From the NCBI GenBank assembly GCA_965214605.1, contig OZ243961.1, positions 3,392,001 through 3,456,000 of the forward strand: a stretch of 64,000 nt of DNA. The letters are read 5' to 3'. The notes beneath the pieces were generated by a model that searched no databases, was not told the origin of the DNA, and saw only the letters and a list, made by a program, of their open reading frames with translations. The translations under genes and the position numbers were made by a program. The DNA comes from an uncultured Candidatus Binatia bacterium. GTDB lineage: Bacteria; Desulfobacterota; Binatia; Bin18. Positions 28,560-38,226 of the stretch are shown in pieces. The number at the start of each line of letters is the position of its first letter. Within the stretch, counting starts at the first letter, position 1.

Positions 28560-30017
28560 ATGAATGCAACAACTCCCCAGCCTCTGCCTCCCCCCGCTCA
28601 CATCCACCTGATTGCCGTTGCCGGTGTCGGCATGGCAACCCTGGCTGCTATGCTTAAGGAACGTGGCTATCGGGTAACGGGTTCGGATCATGGGGTCTAC
28701 CCGCCGATGAGTGACTTTCTGGCCCAAGCCGGTATTGCCGTGAGGCTGGGTTATCATGCCTCCAATTTAGATCCTGCTCCCGATCTAGTCGTTGTTGGTA
28801 ATGCGGTGTCGCGTACTAACCCGGAAGTCCACAGACTGCTCGAAACTCAGATTCCATATCTCTCCTTTCCGCAAGCGCTTGCTGAGTTTTTTCTGGCCGA
28901 CAAGCAATCCCTGGTGGTTGCCGGGACACACGGCAAGACAACAACAACGGCTCTGCTGGCCTGGGTGCTAGAACGGGCCGGGCTCCAGCCCAGCTTCTTG
29001 CTCGGCGGGGTCAGTCAGAATTTCGGACGAGGTTATCAACTCGGGGCTGGCGCATACTTTGCGATTGAGGGCGATGAGTACGACTCGGCCTTTTTTGACA
29101 AGGGTCCCAAATTTCTACACTACCGACCCGAGGCGGTGTTGCTCAACGCTGTGGAGTTTGATCATGCCGATATTTACGCCGATTTAGCCCACATCCAGTC
29201 GGCTTTTCGTCGTCTGCTCGCAATTGTTCCGACCACCGCCCCGGTCCTGATCTGCCACGACTTTCCCGCCGCCCTAGAGCTTGCCCACTCCTCTCAGGGC
29301 GAGTATGCCAGCTTTGGATTTCATCCTGAGGCCGACTGGCAAGTCCGGGGCGCTGTTGACGACGGAAGCCGGTTTACCTTCGGCGTGACTTATCACGGTC
29401 GGGAACGCGGCCGCTTTTCCCTGCCTTCGATGGGCCGGATGAACGTGCGCAACGCCCTGGGCGTAATTGCCCTGACCTCCACGCTTGGCCTGTCCGGTGA
29501 GCAGATTGCGCGGGGTCTGAGCAGTTTTAGCGGTGTGGCACGCCGCCAAGAGCTGGTCGGAGAAGCGCACGGTGTGACGATTATTGATGACTTTGCCCAC
29601 CATCCCACCGCGGTCGCGGTAACGATCGAGGCCGTCCGCCTGCGCTATCCCCAGCGACGTTTATGGGCGGTCTTCGAGCCGCGCTCCAACACCTGCCGAC
29701 GGCGTATCTTCCAGCAGCCGCTCACCCGGACTCTAGCCGCCGCCGACCAGGTTGTGATTGGTCCCGTTTTTAGCAAACCCCAAGATCCGCTCGCCACCCA
29801 AGATCTGTTCTCTCCGGCGGAACTCGTCGCGGATCTCCACGGGGCCGCAAAGAGCGCTCATCAGGGACTGAGCGTAGACGAAATTTGCTCCTTTCTGACC
29901 GCCAACTGCCGACCGGGAGACGTGGTGCTGATTATGTCGAACGGGGCGTTTGGCGGACTGCCGCACAAATTGTTGGCCACACTGAGGGAGAAGACAGCGG
30001 ACAAAGGGGATCGATAA
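28560..30017 (+). CDS. mpl: Murein peptide ligase
   Basis: Motifs GTHGKTTT, IEGDEYDSAFFDK, DDFAHHPTA, FEPRS and MSNGAFGG. Confidence 0.93.
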   Translation: MNATTPQPLPPPAHIHLIAVAGVGMATLAAMLKERGYRVTGSDHGVYPPMSDFLAQAGIAVRLGYHASNLDPAPDLVVVGNAVSRTNPEVHRLLETQIPYLSFPQALAEFFLADKQSLVVAGTHGKTTTTALLAWVLERAGLQPSFLLGGVSQNFGRGYQLGAGAYFAIEGDEYDSAFFDKGPKFLHYRPEAVLLNAVEFDHADIYADLAHIQSAFRRLLAIVPTTAPVLICHDFPAALELAHSSQGEYASFGFHPEADWQVRGAVDDGSRFTFGVTYHGRERGRFSLPSMGRMNVRNALGVIALTSTLGLSGEQIARGLSSFSGVARRQELVGEAHGVTIIDDFAHHPTAVAVTIEAVRLRYPQRRLWAVFEPRSNTCRRRIFQQPLTRTLAAADQVVIGPVFSKPQDPLATQDLFSPAELVADLHGAAKSAHQGLSVDEICSFLTANCRPGDVVLIMSNGAFGGLPHKLLATLREKTADKGDR

Positions 30018-30034
30018 GCCCTCCTACGGTCAAG

Positions 30035-30937
30035 TCAGACACTCTCCGGTCGGGCCTGTTTGCAAAATGCCTCTTCTTCGCTCCGTTCAATCTGTAAGGT
30101 TGCGTGGTCAATACCAAAGCGATCGTGCAGGCAGTGCGAGATCCGGTGCACGAAGCTATCATCGGCCCACAGCTGGGGAACGACCAGATGGACGGTGAGG
30201 GCCACTTCGGTCGTGCTCATCGCCCAGATATGCAGGTCGTGGATTTTTGCTACATCCGGCAGTCCGGTCAGATAGGATTCGACCGCCATTGGATCAATAT
30301 TGTCGGGCACCGAATCAAGGGCCAGATTCACCGAGTCACGGAACAGGCCCAAAGTACTGATCAGAATAATAGCACTAATGACTAGACTGATCGTCGGGTC
30401 CAGCCATAACCAGCCTGTGGTCATGATAGCCATACCCCCAATGACCACTCCTAGCGACACTCCGGCATCGGCCGCCATATGCAGATAGGCGCCCCGAATG
30501 TTCAGATCGCGTTTGCGGTCCGACAGAAACAGCAACGCAGTTGCCCCATTAATCAGTACTCCAACCCCGGCCACCACAATAATCGTGCCACCACTCACCG
30601 GTCGTGGAGCATACAGCCGCCCAAACGCCTCCCAGGCAATAACGCCCAGGGCCATGAGCAACAGGATGGCGCTGAGGAGTGAGGCCAAAATTGTCCCTCG
30701 TCGAAAACCATAGCTACGCCTCGGCGTAGGCTTACGGACGGCCAAGACGTTCGCCCCCCAGGCCAGCAGCAGGCTTAACACATCGCTCAGATTGTGTCCG
30801 GCGTCTGCTACCAACACGAGCGAACCGGTCACCATGCCATACGCCGCTTCAATAATCACAAAGACGACATTGAGCGACACCCCGATGCTAAAGGCCCGGT
30901 TGTAGTTGGAGACTTCGGAGTGATGAGTATGCACCAT
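30035..30937 (-). CDS. Cation diffusion facilitator (CzcD/ZitB-like)
   Basis: Motifs ADAGHNLSD, NIRGAYLHMAAD, HDLHIW and HATLQIE. Confidence 0.93.
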   Translation of the reverse strand: MVHTHHSEVSNYNRAFSIGVSLNVVFVIIEAAYGMVTGSLVLVADAGHNLSDVLSLLLAWGANVLAVRKPTPRRSYGFRRGTILASLLSAILLLMALGVIAWEAFGRLYAPRPVSGGTIIVVAGVGVLINGATALLFLSDRKRDLNIRGAYLHMAADAGVSLGVVIGGMAIMTTGWLWLDPTISLVISAIILISTLGLFRDSVNLALDSVPDNIDPMAVESYLTGLPDVAKIHDLHIWAMSTTEVALTVHLVVPQLWADDSFVHRISHCLHDRFGIDHATLQIERSEEEAFCKQARPESV

Positions 30938-31011
30938 GCCGGCCGCTACGGGACTCTGAGATAAACAGGAGTGCAAAGATGCTCCCGCGTGTGAGCACAG
31001 CTTCGGTCGGG

Positions 31012-31833
31012 TCAGTGGAGTTCCATCCCGCCGTCCACATTCATGGCCTGACCGGTGACATTTTTGGCCGTGGCTAAATACACAGCCAGTTGGCCGATGT
31101 CAGCCGGTGTTTGGGCTCGCCCCATGGGAATGAAGGTCTTGAGATAGCGCTGCCAAGCCTCTTCTTTTGTTTCGTCGCCGTGCTTCATGGTCTCGGCCAG
31201 GTACTCCCACATCTGGGTGCGCAAAATACCGGGGCAAATCGCGTTGACTCGGATGTTGGCCGACGCGAGTTCTTTGGCCAAGGAGTTGGTAAAACCCACC
31301 ACCGCGAACTTCGATCCACAGTAGTGCGATAAGCCTGCCGCTCCGTTCTTACCGGCCACCGAAGCAATATTAATAATACAGCCATCTCCCCGAGCTTTCA
31401 TAACCGGGATGGCGGCCTGGCAGGACAGAAATACGCCTTTGACATTGACGTTGAACGTTAAATCCCATGCCTCTTCGGTCATGCTTTCGACCTCGGTGAT
31501 ATTCACCACACCGGCGTTGCAGACCAAGATGTGGATATCGCCCAGCTGCTCAGCCGTCTCGGCAACCATACGCTGGGCGTCGGCTTTTTTGGTCACGTCG
31601 GCCTGTAGGGCGATTGCCCGTCGGCCCAGGGTTGTGATATCTGTGACGGTCTCTTGGGCTGCGGCTAGCCCACCGACGGCTGTGCTCTGGTACTGCTGGG
31701 CGGTACTACTCAGCTGTTCGATGTCGGCAATCGCCACATCGGCTCCGGCCTCGGCCAGGGCCAGGCTAATCCCTCGTCCAATGCCCCGGCCGCCGCCAGT
31801 GACGAGAGCAACTTTTCCGTTTAATTGTGCCAT
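31012..31833 (-). CDS. SDR-family oxidoreductase
   Basis: Motifs TGGGRGIG, CNAG and YCGSK. Confidence 0.93.
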   Translation of the reverse strand: MAQLNGKVALVTGGGRGIGRGISLALAEAGADVAIADIEQLSSTAQQYQSTAVGGLAAAQETVTDITTLGRRAIALQADVTKKADAQRMVAETAEQLGDIHILVCNAGVVNITEVESMTEEAWDLTFNVNVKGVFLSCQAAIPVMKARGDGCIINIASVAGKNGAAGLSHYCGSKFAVVGFTNSLAKELASANIRVNAICPGILRTQMWEYLAETMKHGDETKEEAWQRYLKTFIPMGRAQTPADIGQLAVYLATAKNVTGQAMNVDGGMELH

Positions 31834-31860
31834 GCGGTCTACCTCCTGTGATGTGAGGGC

Positions 31861-33918
31861 TTAAGCCTGTGGGCCCAGCGAGATGACGACATCTGTGGGT
31901 TCGTACAGGCGTCGATAGGTGCGATAAGTGCGGAGCACTTTTTTGACATAATTGCGGGTTTCACGATAGCTGATATTTTCAACAAATTCGTCAGCCTCGG
32001 CGTGCGGGAAGCGGGCTCGCCACTTTTCAACTGCCTTTGGTCCGGCATTATAACCGGCAAGACCCATAATGAGATTGTCATCGTAACGGTCGAACAACTG
32101 GCGCAGGTAGCGGGTGCCGAGATCGATGTTCCGGTCGGGGTCTGTGAGGCCGAATCCTGCGTCCATGGCAGTTTGGGCCAGACTTACCGCTGTGCTTGGC
32201 AGCAGCTGCATCAGGCCGTAAGCTCGGGCCGAAGACACGGCCTGAGGGTCGAACAGACTCTCTTGGCGTATCAGGGCTAGGACCAGATACGGATCGAGCC
32301 GCTGTGCCTGGGCGTAGGGTTGGAGGACCTCCCAGTAGGCCCGCGGAAAATCGTAACGGCGACGTTCGCCGACCGCCAATGGTTGGGCGAGGCGCAGAGC
32401 TTGGTGGTGGTCTTCCAGCCTGTGGTACTCGACCAGGAAAAATCGACGAAAAGCCGGTCTACTCGGGGCGGTTGCTCTGAGACGGTCGAGTTCGCGTCGG
32501 GCAAAGTCTAAGAGTCCGAGTTGGGAGAGGGCTTGGCTGCGTTGGTAGTAGGTACTGAGGGGCGCAGAGAGTGCTGGGGGACCGACCCTGGGTTGGGCTC
32601 CTAAGGCCAGTGGCTGGGGCGTCAGGCCCAGGCGTTTTTCCGCCCATAGGGCGTAATAGCCCTCAGCGTCGTCCTGCAATAGCCTATGGTACAGCGCCTT
32701 CGCTTGGGTGTGTTTGGCCTGTTTGTCGAGGCTGCGCGCCTGCCAGTACAGGGCGCTGGCCGCCTCTGGACTGTCGGGGGCCAGATGGATAAGACTGGCA
32801 AAGTGCTGCTCGGCTTGGTCGAACTCTCCGCGTTGATAGGCCATCCAGCCCTGATGCCAACGGCCGTCCCGGGCTGCTGTGCTCGCGGGAAAACGCTTGG
32901 CTAGCTGCTGGTAGACGTGGCTGGCACGCGTCTCGTCCTTGTATGATTGATGGATGCGACCGATAGCGTACAGGACCTCGGCTGCCAGAGTGTGGTGAGG
33001 AAATTTGTCAACGAAGCTCTCAAACAGGTCAAGCGCCCGCTCGTCCTGATCGGTATTCCACAGCAGTCTGGCCCACCGGTATAAGGCTCTGGCGCTGCTT
33101 GGGGAGCGCGCGACCAGTATTTGCAGAGCCGTGGACGCGTCTTGGGTTCGCCCCTGGGCGCGATAGATTTTCGCCATGGCCCGGAGATCTTGAGCCGAGA
33201 GCTGGGTGAGCGAAAATCGCTGCTCGAACTGCTGACCTAGGGCTGTCAGTGCTGGATGGTCAGCCTCCAGGGCCAGCAGCTGCATTTCTTCGACATAGGC
33301 AGCCGGCTCTTTGGGGTGAAACCGCTCAGCCGTTTGGCGTAGCCGCAGGATGTGTGTCTTAGCGGTTTGAGCAGCGGCAGACAGAGAGGCGGTGCGGCGG
33401 AGCTGTTGATACAGGACATAGGCTTTGTCGGGTTGGCCGGTGTGTTCTTGAGCGTGGGCCGAAATGAGCGTGGCCGCCTGCCGGACCGACTCCATACCAG
33501 AACTGCGGGCGTGGTCGGCATAGCGCATCGCCTTGAGCCAGTTTTTTTCTGCCTGGGCCAGCCGGGCCAAAGCCAGGTTGGTGGGTGCGTGCCAGGGGCT
33601 GCCGGAGTGCTCTTTGAGCAGGCGGAGCCAGGTCTTCTTTGCCCGGACGGGCTGGCCTGTCTTGAGCTGAGCCTGGGCCAGATAGTATAGGCTGTAATCG
33701 GCCAGGAGGGGGTAGACTTCTAACGCCTGTTGCAGCAGACGCTGAGCCCGGGCGAACTGGCCGTCTTGGACCGCGTTGTAGCCCTGCAGAAAAATCTCGC
33801 CAGGGCTGGCTGGTGTCTCAGCGTGAACAGCGGGAGCCCCAGCCGATATCAGACAGCTCAGACACACTAGGCCAAGACACATCCCCATTTTTTGTTGGGA
33901 TGTTGAGGAATGTGACAT
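31861..33918 (-). CDS. slt: TPR-containing soluble lytic transglycosylase (Slt70-like)
   Basis: Motifs IRQES, GLMQL, GYNAG and ETRNYV; TPR-like N-terminus; signal peptide. Confidence 0.92.
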   Translation of the reverse strand: MSHSSTSQQKMGMCLGLVCLSCLISAGAPAVHAETPASPGEIFLQGYNAVQDGQFARAQRLLQQALEVYPLLADYSLYYLAQAQLKTGQPVRAKKTWLRLLKEHSGSPWHAPTNLALARLAQAEKNWLKAMRYADHARSSGMESVRQAATLISAHAQEHTGQPDKAYVLYQQLRRTASLSAAAQTAKTHILRLRQTAERFHPKEPAAYVEEMQLLALEADHPALTALGQQFEQRFSLTQLSAQDLRAMAKIYRAQGRTQDASTALQILVARSPSSARALYRWARLLWNTDQDERALDLFESFVDKFPHHTLAAEVLYAIGRIHQSYKDETRASHVYQQLAKRFPASTAARDGRWHQGWMAYQRGEFDQAEQHFASLIHLAPDSPEAASALYWQARSLDKQAKHTQAKALYHRLLQDDAEGYYALWAEKRLGLTPQPLALGAQPRVGPPALSAPLSTYYQRSQALSQLGLLDFARRELDRLRATAPSRPAFRRFFLVEYHRLEDHHQALRLAQPLAVGERRRYDFPRAYWEVLQPYAQAQRLDPYLVLALIRQESLFDPQAVSSARAYGLMQLLPSTAVSLAQTAMDAGFGLTDPDRNIDLGTRYLRQLFDRYDDNLIMGLAGYNAGPKAVEKWRARFPHAEADEFVENISYRETRNYVKKVLRTYRTYRRLYEPTDVVISLGPQA

Positions 33919-33970
33919 TTCCGATTACCCTACAGTCCTTCATACCAAAAAAAGTCTAGGACGCGAACAC

Positions 33971-34393
33971 ATGCGGACACAAAACGGTTGGCACAAGCAG
34001 TACGTAGGCTGGCTAGTGGTGGGAGGTTTGGCTACCCTGCTGAGCTGTAGCTCAATCCCGGGTTTCCGATCCGACTCTGAGGAGAGTGAAGCGGGGCAGA
34101 GGCTATATCTGCAAGTCTCGCCGGAAGAGGCCCTTGATATTCTGACCGCGCTTGCCCCGGAACACGGCTGGGAGATCAAAAGCGTTGGCAACCAGTATGA
34201 TCTTACCGGTCTACGCGGAAAGTATTTTCGCCTGGAAACCCGTCGGCTGATTGGCGGGGCGTCTGAAATGAGCGGAGTGTTTTTCAGCGACCTCAAAGGC
34301 TCCTACGTCCTGGTCGGCAAGCGGGAGATGGGCTTGCCCGAAGACTTGGTCGATCCACTCAAGTCAGCCATTCAGGAGCGGAACGGGAGCTGA
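33971..34393 (+). CDS. Hypothetical lipoprotein
   Basis: Lipobox TLLS-C; 140 aa. Confidence 0.7.
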   Translation: MRTQNGWHKQYVGWLVVGGLATLLSCSSIPGFRSDSEESEAGQRLYLQVSPEEALDILTALAPEHGWEIKSVGNQYDLTGLRGKYFRLETRRLIGGASEMSGVFFSDLKGSYVLVGKREMGLPEDLVDPLKSAIQERNGS

Positions 34394-34394
34394 T

Positions 34395-36623
34395 TCAAGC
34401 CGCCCCAAAGCGCCGCAGCCGAAGCGAGTTGGTAATGACCGACACGGAGCTGAGGGCCATGGCTAGGGCGGCCAGCATCGGATTGAGCAAGACCTGGAAA
34501 AATGGGTACAGCACGCCCGCCGCAATTGGGATGCCGGCAACATTATAAAAAAAGGCCCAGAACAAATTCTGTTTGATCAGTCGCATGGTGCGGCGAGACA
34601 GACGCAGCGCCGTGACCACCGAGCTGAGGTCGCCCCGCACCAGAGTAATATCGGCGGCGTCCATCGCCACATCCGTTCCCGTGCCTAGGGCGATTCCAAC
34701 ATCGGCTTGAACCAGAGCGGGGGCATCGTTAATGCCGTCTCCGACCATGCCGACGATTTGTCCATCCGCCTGCAAGCTTTTGATCTGGGCGGCTTTGTCT
34801 TGGGGTAGGACCTCGGCCACGACATGGCGAATGCCGGCCTGGCGGGCAATCGCCTCGGCCGTGGGTTGCTTGTCCCCGCTGAGCATCACGATATCAAGGC
34901 CTAGCTGACGGAGCTGCTGCAGGCTGCCAGCGGCCTCAGGTTTTAGTCTATCAGCCACGCCAATGAGGCCGACGGCCTGTCCGGCGATGGCTAGAAACAG
35001 GGGGGTTTTTCCCGATTGGGCGAGGTGTTGGGCGTCCGCCTCGAGCCGACCGGTATCAATCGCTCGCTCTTGCAGCAGGCGTTGGGTCCCGAGGAGGACG
35101 GGGTGTTCTTCAAGTCGGCCGCTCACACCCTGACCCGGAAGGGCTTCAAAAGCATCGACTTCGGTCAGAGCCAGGTGCTGTGCCTGGGCTCGACGGACAA
35201 TCGCCTGGCCAAGTGGATGTTCGCTCGTGCGTTCCAGGCTGGCCGCCACGCGCAACAGCTCAGTTTCCGCCATGGTCGGGGCAATCACGTCGGTCACCTC
35301 CGGCTGGCCGGTGGTCAGGGTGCCGGTTTTATCGAACACCAGCGTGGTCAAAGCCTGGGCCTGTTCGAGGGCGTCGCCGCTCTTTATCAGTACCCCGTGC
35401 TGGGCGCCTCGACCGGTGCCGACCATGATTGCGGTTGGTGTTGCCAGACCAAGGGCGCAGGGACAGGCAATAATCAGCACGGCGACAAAATTCATGAGGG
35501 CAAAGGGCACTACGGGATGCGGGCCCCACACCAGCCAGACGAGCAGGGTGAGGGCGGCCAGGACGATGACGCTCGGCACAAAGTAAGCGGCGATGGTGTC
35601 GGCCAGTCGCTGGATAGGGGCTTTGGTGCTCTGGGCGTGGCGGACGAGGCGGACAATTTGGGCCAGGCGGGTGTCTTGCCCGACATGGGTAGCTTCGAGT
35701 GTAAAAGCGCCCGTCTTGTTCAGAGTCGCCCCCACCACCGGCTCTCCGGCTCGCTTGTCAACCGCAAGACTCTCGCCGGTCAACATGGATTCGTCAACCA
35801 CAGAGCTACCGCTGAGGATAAGGCCGTCGACCGGGATCTTTTCACCAGGGCGGACCGCGATATGGTCACCAACCCGGACCTGGGCCAGCGGGACTTCGAT
35901 CTCGCGTCCGTCGCGAACGATGCGGGCCGTCGGCGGCTGCAAATTCAGCAGGCCACGGATTGCGTCCGCCGTCCGCCCTTTGGCCCGGGCTTCCAAAAAA
36001 CGGCCGAGCAGGATGAGGGTGATAATCATGGCCGCGGTTTCAAAATAGACCTGGGGGACCTGGCCGGTGGCGACGAACAGGCCGGGAGCCAGGGTGGCAA
36101 CCGCGCTATACCCGTAGGCCGCCGAGGTTCCGACTGCGATCAACGTGTTCATATCGCTCGTGCCGTGGCGGGCTGCGGTCCAGGTACTACGATAGAACGG
36201 CCAGCCAAGCCAGAACTGGACTGGTGTGGTCAGTATCAACAGCACCAGCGGTTGACTGATAAGCGGCAGGCTCAGCATGGAGCCCAACATGACCAAGCTG
36301 GTCAGGCCGGCACTGAGACCGAGTTTCTTTTTCAGCTGGGACAGTTCGACCCGCTGCTGTTGGTCCTGACTGTCTTGGTCCTGTCTTTCCAGCGCTTCAT
36401 AGCCGACTGACTGAATGGCCCTGCTGAGGTCGGCCGGACTGGTCTGGTCGGACCGATATTCAATCAGCGCGTCTTCGCTAGCCAGACTGACGCTAGCCCG
36501 CACTACCCCGGGGGTTGCCACCAGAGCACGTTCGACCTTGCCCACACATCCGGCGCAGTGCATCCCACGGATACCGACAACCGTCGTTGTTGGCTTGGGC
36601 TCCATACGGGGTTCGACTGGCAT
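34395..36623 (-). CDS. copA: Copper-translocating P1B-type ATPase
   Basis: HMA motif [32 protein letters not shown] and MALSS; RBS GAGGAG before ATG 36623. Confidence 0.96.
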   Translation of the reverse strand: MPVEPRMEPKPTTTVVGIRGMHCAGCVGKVERALVATPGVVRASVSLASEDALIEYRSDQTSPADLSRAIQSVGYEALERQDQDSQDQQQRVELSQLKKKLGLSAGLTSLVMLGSMLSLPLISQPLVLLILTTPVQFWLGWPFYRSTWTAARHGTSDMNTLIAVGTSAAYGYSAVATLAPGLFVATGQVPQVYFETAAMIITLILLGRFLEARAKGRTADAIRGLLNLQPPTARIVRDGREIEVPLAQVRVGDHIAVRPGEKIPVDGLILSGSSVVDESMLTGESLAVDKRAGEPVVGATLNKTGAFTLEATHVGQDTRLAQIVRLVRHAQSTKAPIQRLADTIAAYFVPSVIVLAALTLLVWLVWGPHPVVPFALMNFVAVLIIACPCALGLATPTAIMVGTGRGAQHGVLIKSGDALEQAQALTTLVFDKTGTLTTGQPEVTDVIAPTMAETELLRVAASLERTSEHPLGQAIVRRAQAQHLALTEVDAFEALPGQGVSGRLEEHPVLLGTQRLLQERAIDTGRLEADAQHLAQSGKTPLFLAIAGQAVGLIGVADRLKPEAAGSLQQLRQLGLDIVMLSGDKQPTAEAIARQAGIRHVVAEVLPQDKAAQIKSLQADGQIVGMVGDGINDAPALVQADVGIALGTGTDVAMDAADITLVRGDLSSVVTALRLSRRTMRLIKQNLFWAFFYNVAGIPIAAGVLYPFFQVLLNPMLAALAMALSSVSVITNSLRLRRFGAA

Positions 36624-38226
36624 GGCGATACTCTCTCCTCTGTATACATCTCGCTTCTCAGCACCAAGGTCAAGGGATGGCCCGCGTTTGATCTGGACCT
36701 TGGGACTATGCCGGACTGCCGTTTCGTCCCGGATTGAGGCCAATCTTGAGTGCTGCCCTCTTTCCCTCACAGTGGCGCCTCTGCCAGAGCTTGCCATGTC
36801 ATGATGATAGGAGGCTTACGCCGGTCTCCCACTACCCTACGGGATTGAGGTCGAAGAAGAACGCGGTGACGGCGGCACAGAATGCAGTGAGTGCAGACGG
36901 CGGCACTGTGGTGGCACTTTGCTGAGCCGCATCAGGACAGCTCACACTAGAGGGGAATCTGAACGCAAAGCAGCCCGTGAGTTGAGCCACCTGCTTGAGC
37001 CACACAGGTACGTTGGCGCCCTCATCAGCTATGATACTGCCGAGTGATTCACGATCGGCTAGGAACAGGATGTCGGCAGTGTTCCTCACGGATGCTTGTT
37101 GCTCGCTCCGAGAATGCGGCTAGACAGCGAGTCACTAGACCCCAACGACGCCCTTGATTTTGCTGGGTGCCCTGAGAGTTAGTCCTCTTCCCAACGACGT
37201 GGAGCTGAAACACCCGGCTGGAAGCGGGACAAAGAGCGATGCAGACCAGCGATAACCGGGATGAGGATGGCACTCCTAGACCAGATGCGCTATGCCGGGG
37301 CCGCATACTAGGCACCTCTTCCAGTGTTGCTCCTCAGGCAAAGTGCGGGAGTTTTTGCGCGCGGTCCGCGAAAAACTGGACTGGCGGCGAGACCAAGTAA
37401 ACCACCCCCTGCTGACCCTTGTCCCCATTCGCTTCCCGGAAAAATCGGTCGCTCCTTCGTCTAACCGAACGGGCCGGACTACCGCGTACGGTGGTGGCAT
37501 GAAACAGGGAGATAAGCCCACCAGATATCAATCCCAGGCGCATTTATGAGCATGCGTGACCGCGCCGGTCGTCCGCAGAGAGGCAGAGGTGTTGCTGGGG
37601 AGCAGTGCTTAGCAACCACTTGACTTGGCCAAGAGGTCAGGGAAGGCAGAGGGGCTCAAGCGAAACTCCTGCTTGCCTCTTCACCCTACCACAAGGTGAC
37701 GGACGCCTACTCCGATCAATAGCTCGTTGTGGTTGTTGGGCGGCGGGCCTGCACGTGCTGATTCGCGAACGAGCAACCAGATATAGCGGCAAGTCCAGCG
37801 ATGAACACCAACACCGGCAATTATTGATCGGGGATTCGCTAGGCTCAATCCCATTCTCAGCACGGACGCGGTAGTCTACGGCGGAACCGATCGTCGGGAA
37901 TCACCATATCAGGATGCCTTGGCCGTGCTCACTCGTCATTTCCCGGAAAAGAGCATCACAGAGATGCTCCATCCCCCGAACCCAGACCACCAACCGGACA
38001 ACCGTGGCGGGGAGCACCGGGACAAGCCAACTGTGAGGTAGATCTCATCCTCAAACCAGGTTAGAGCTAAGGAGCGGGCGCGGCAATGAGCGGCTTCTTG
38101 TCGCGACAGCCAAGAAAGGCGTACGATCTTGAAGACACGACTGAGTCTGGGAGCAATGCCCGCTGCTCAACATCGTTTTGCGACTTTCCATATGAATACA
38201 GCGCTGTTCTGAACGGAGGAAACACC

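Noticed and set aside
35016-36410. Long antisense ORFs (also 47794-48573, 48881-49810, 54571-55383, 23426-24172)
   Set aside because: Shadows of well-supported genes on the opposite strand, expected at high GC.
36640-36705. CueR/MerR operator upstream of copA
   Set aside because: TTGACC and a CCAAGGTC/GACCTTGG inverted repeat are present, but the dyad is not within a 19-bp spacer as MerR-type promoters require.
37635-37655. SRP RNA-like GGTCAG-GGAAG-GCAG
   Set aside because: The helix-8 stem and the long terminal helix are absent.
37830-38040. Fragment ...DAVVYGGTDRRE... resembling a DUF4143 ATPase C-terminus
   Set aside because: Too short to support without a search; upstream frames are full of stops.
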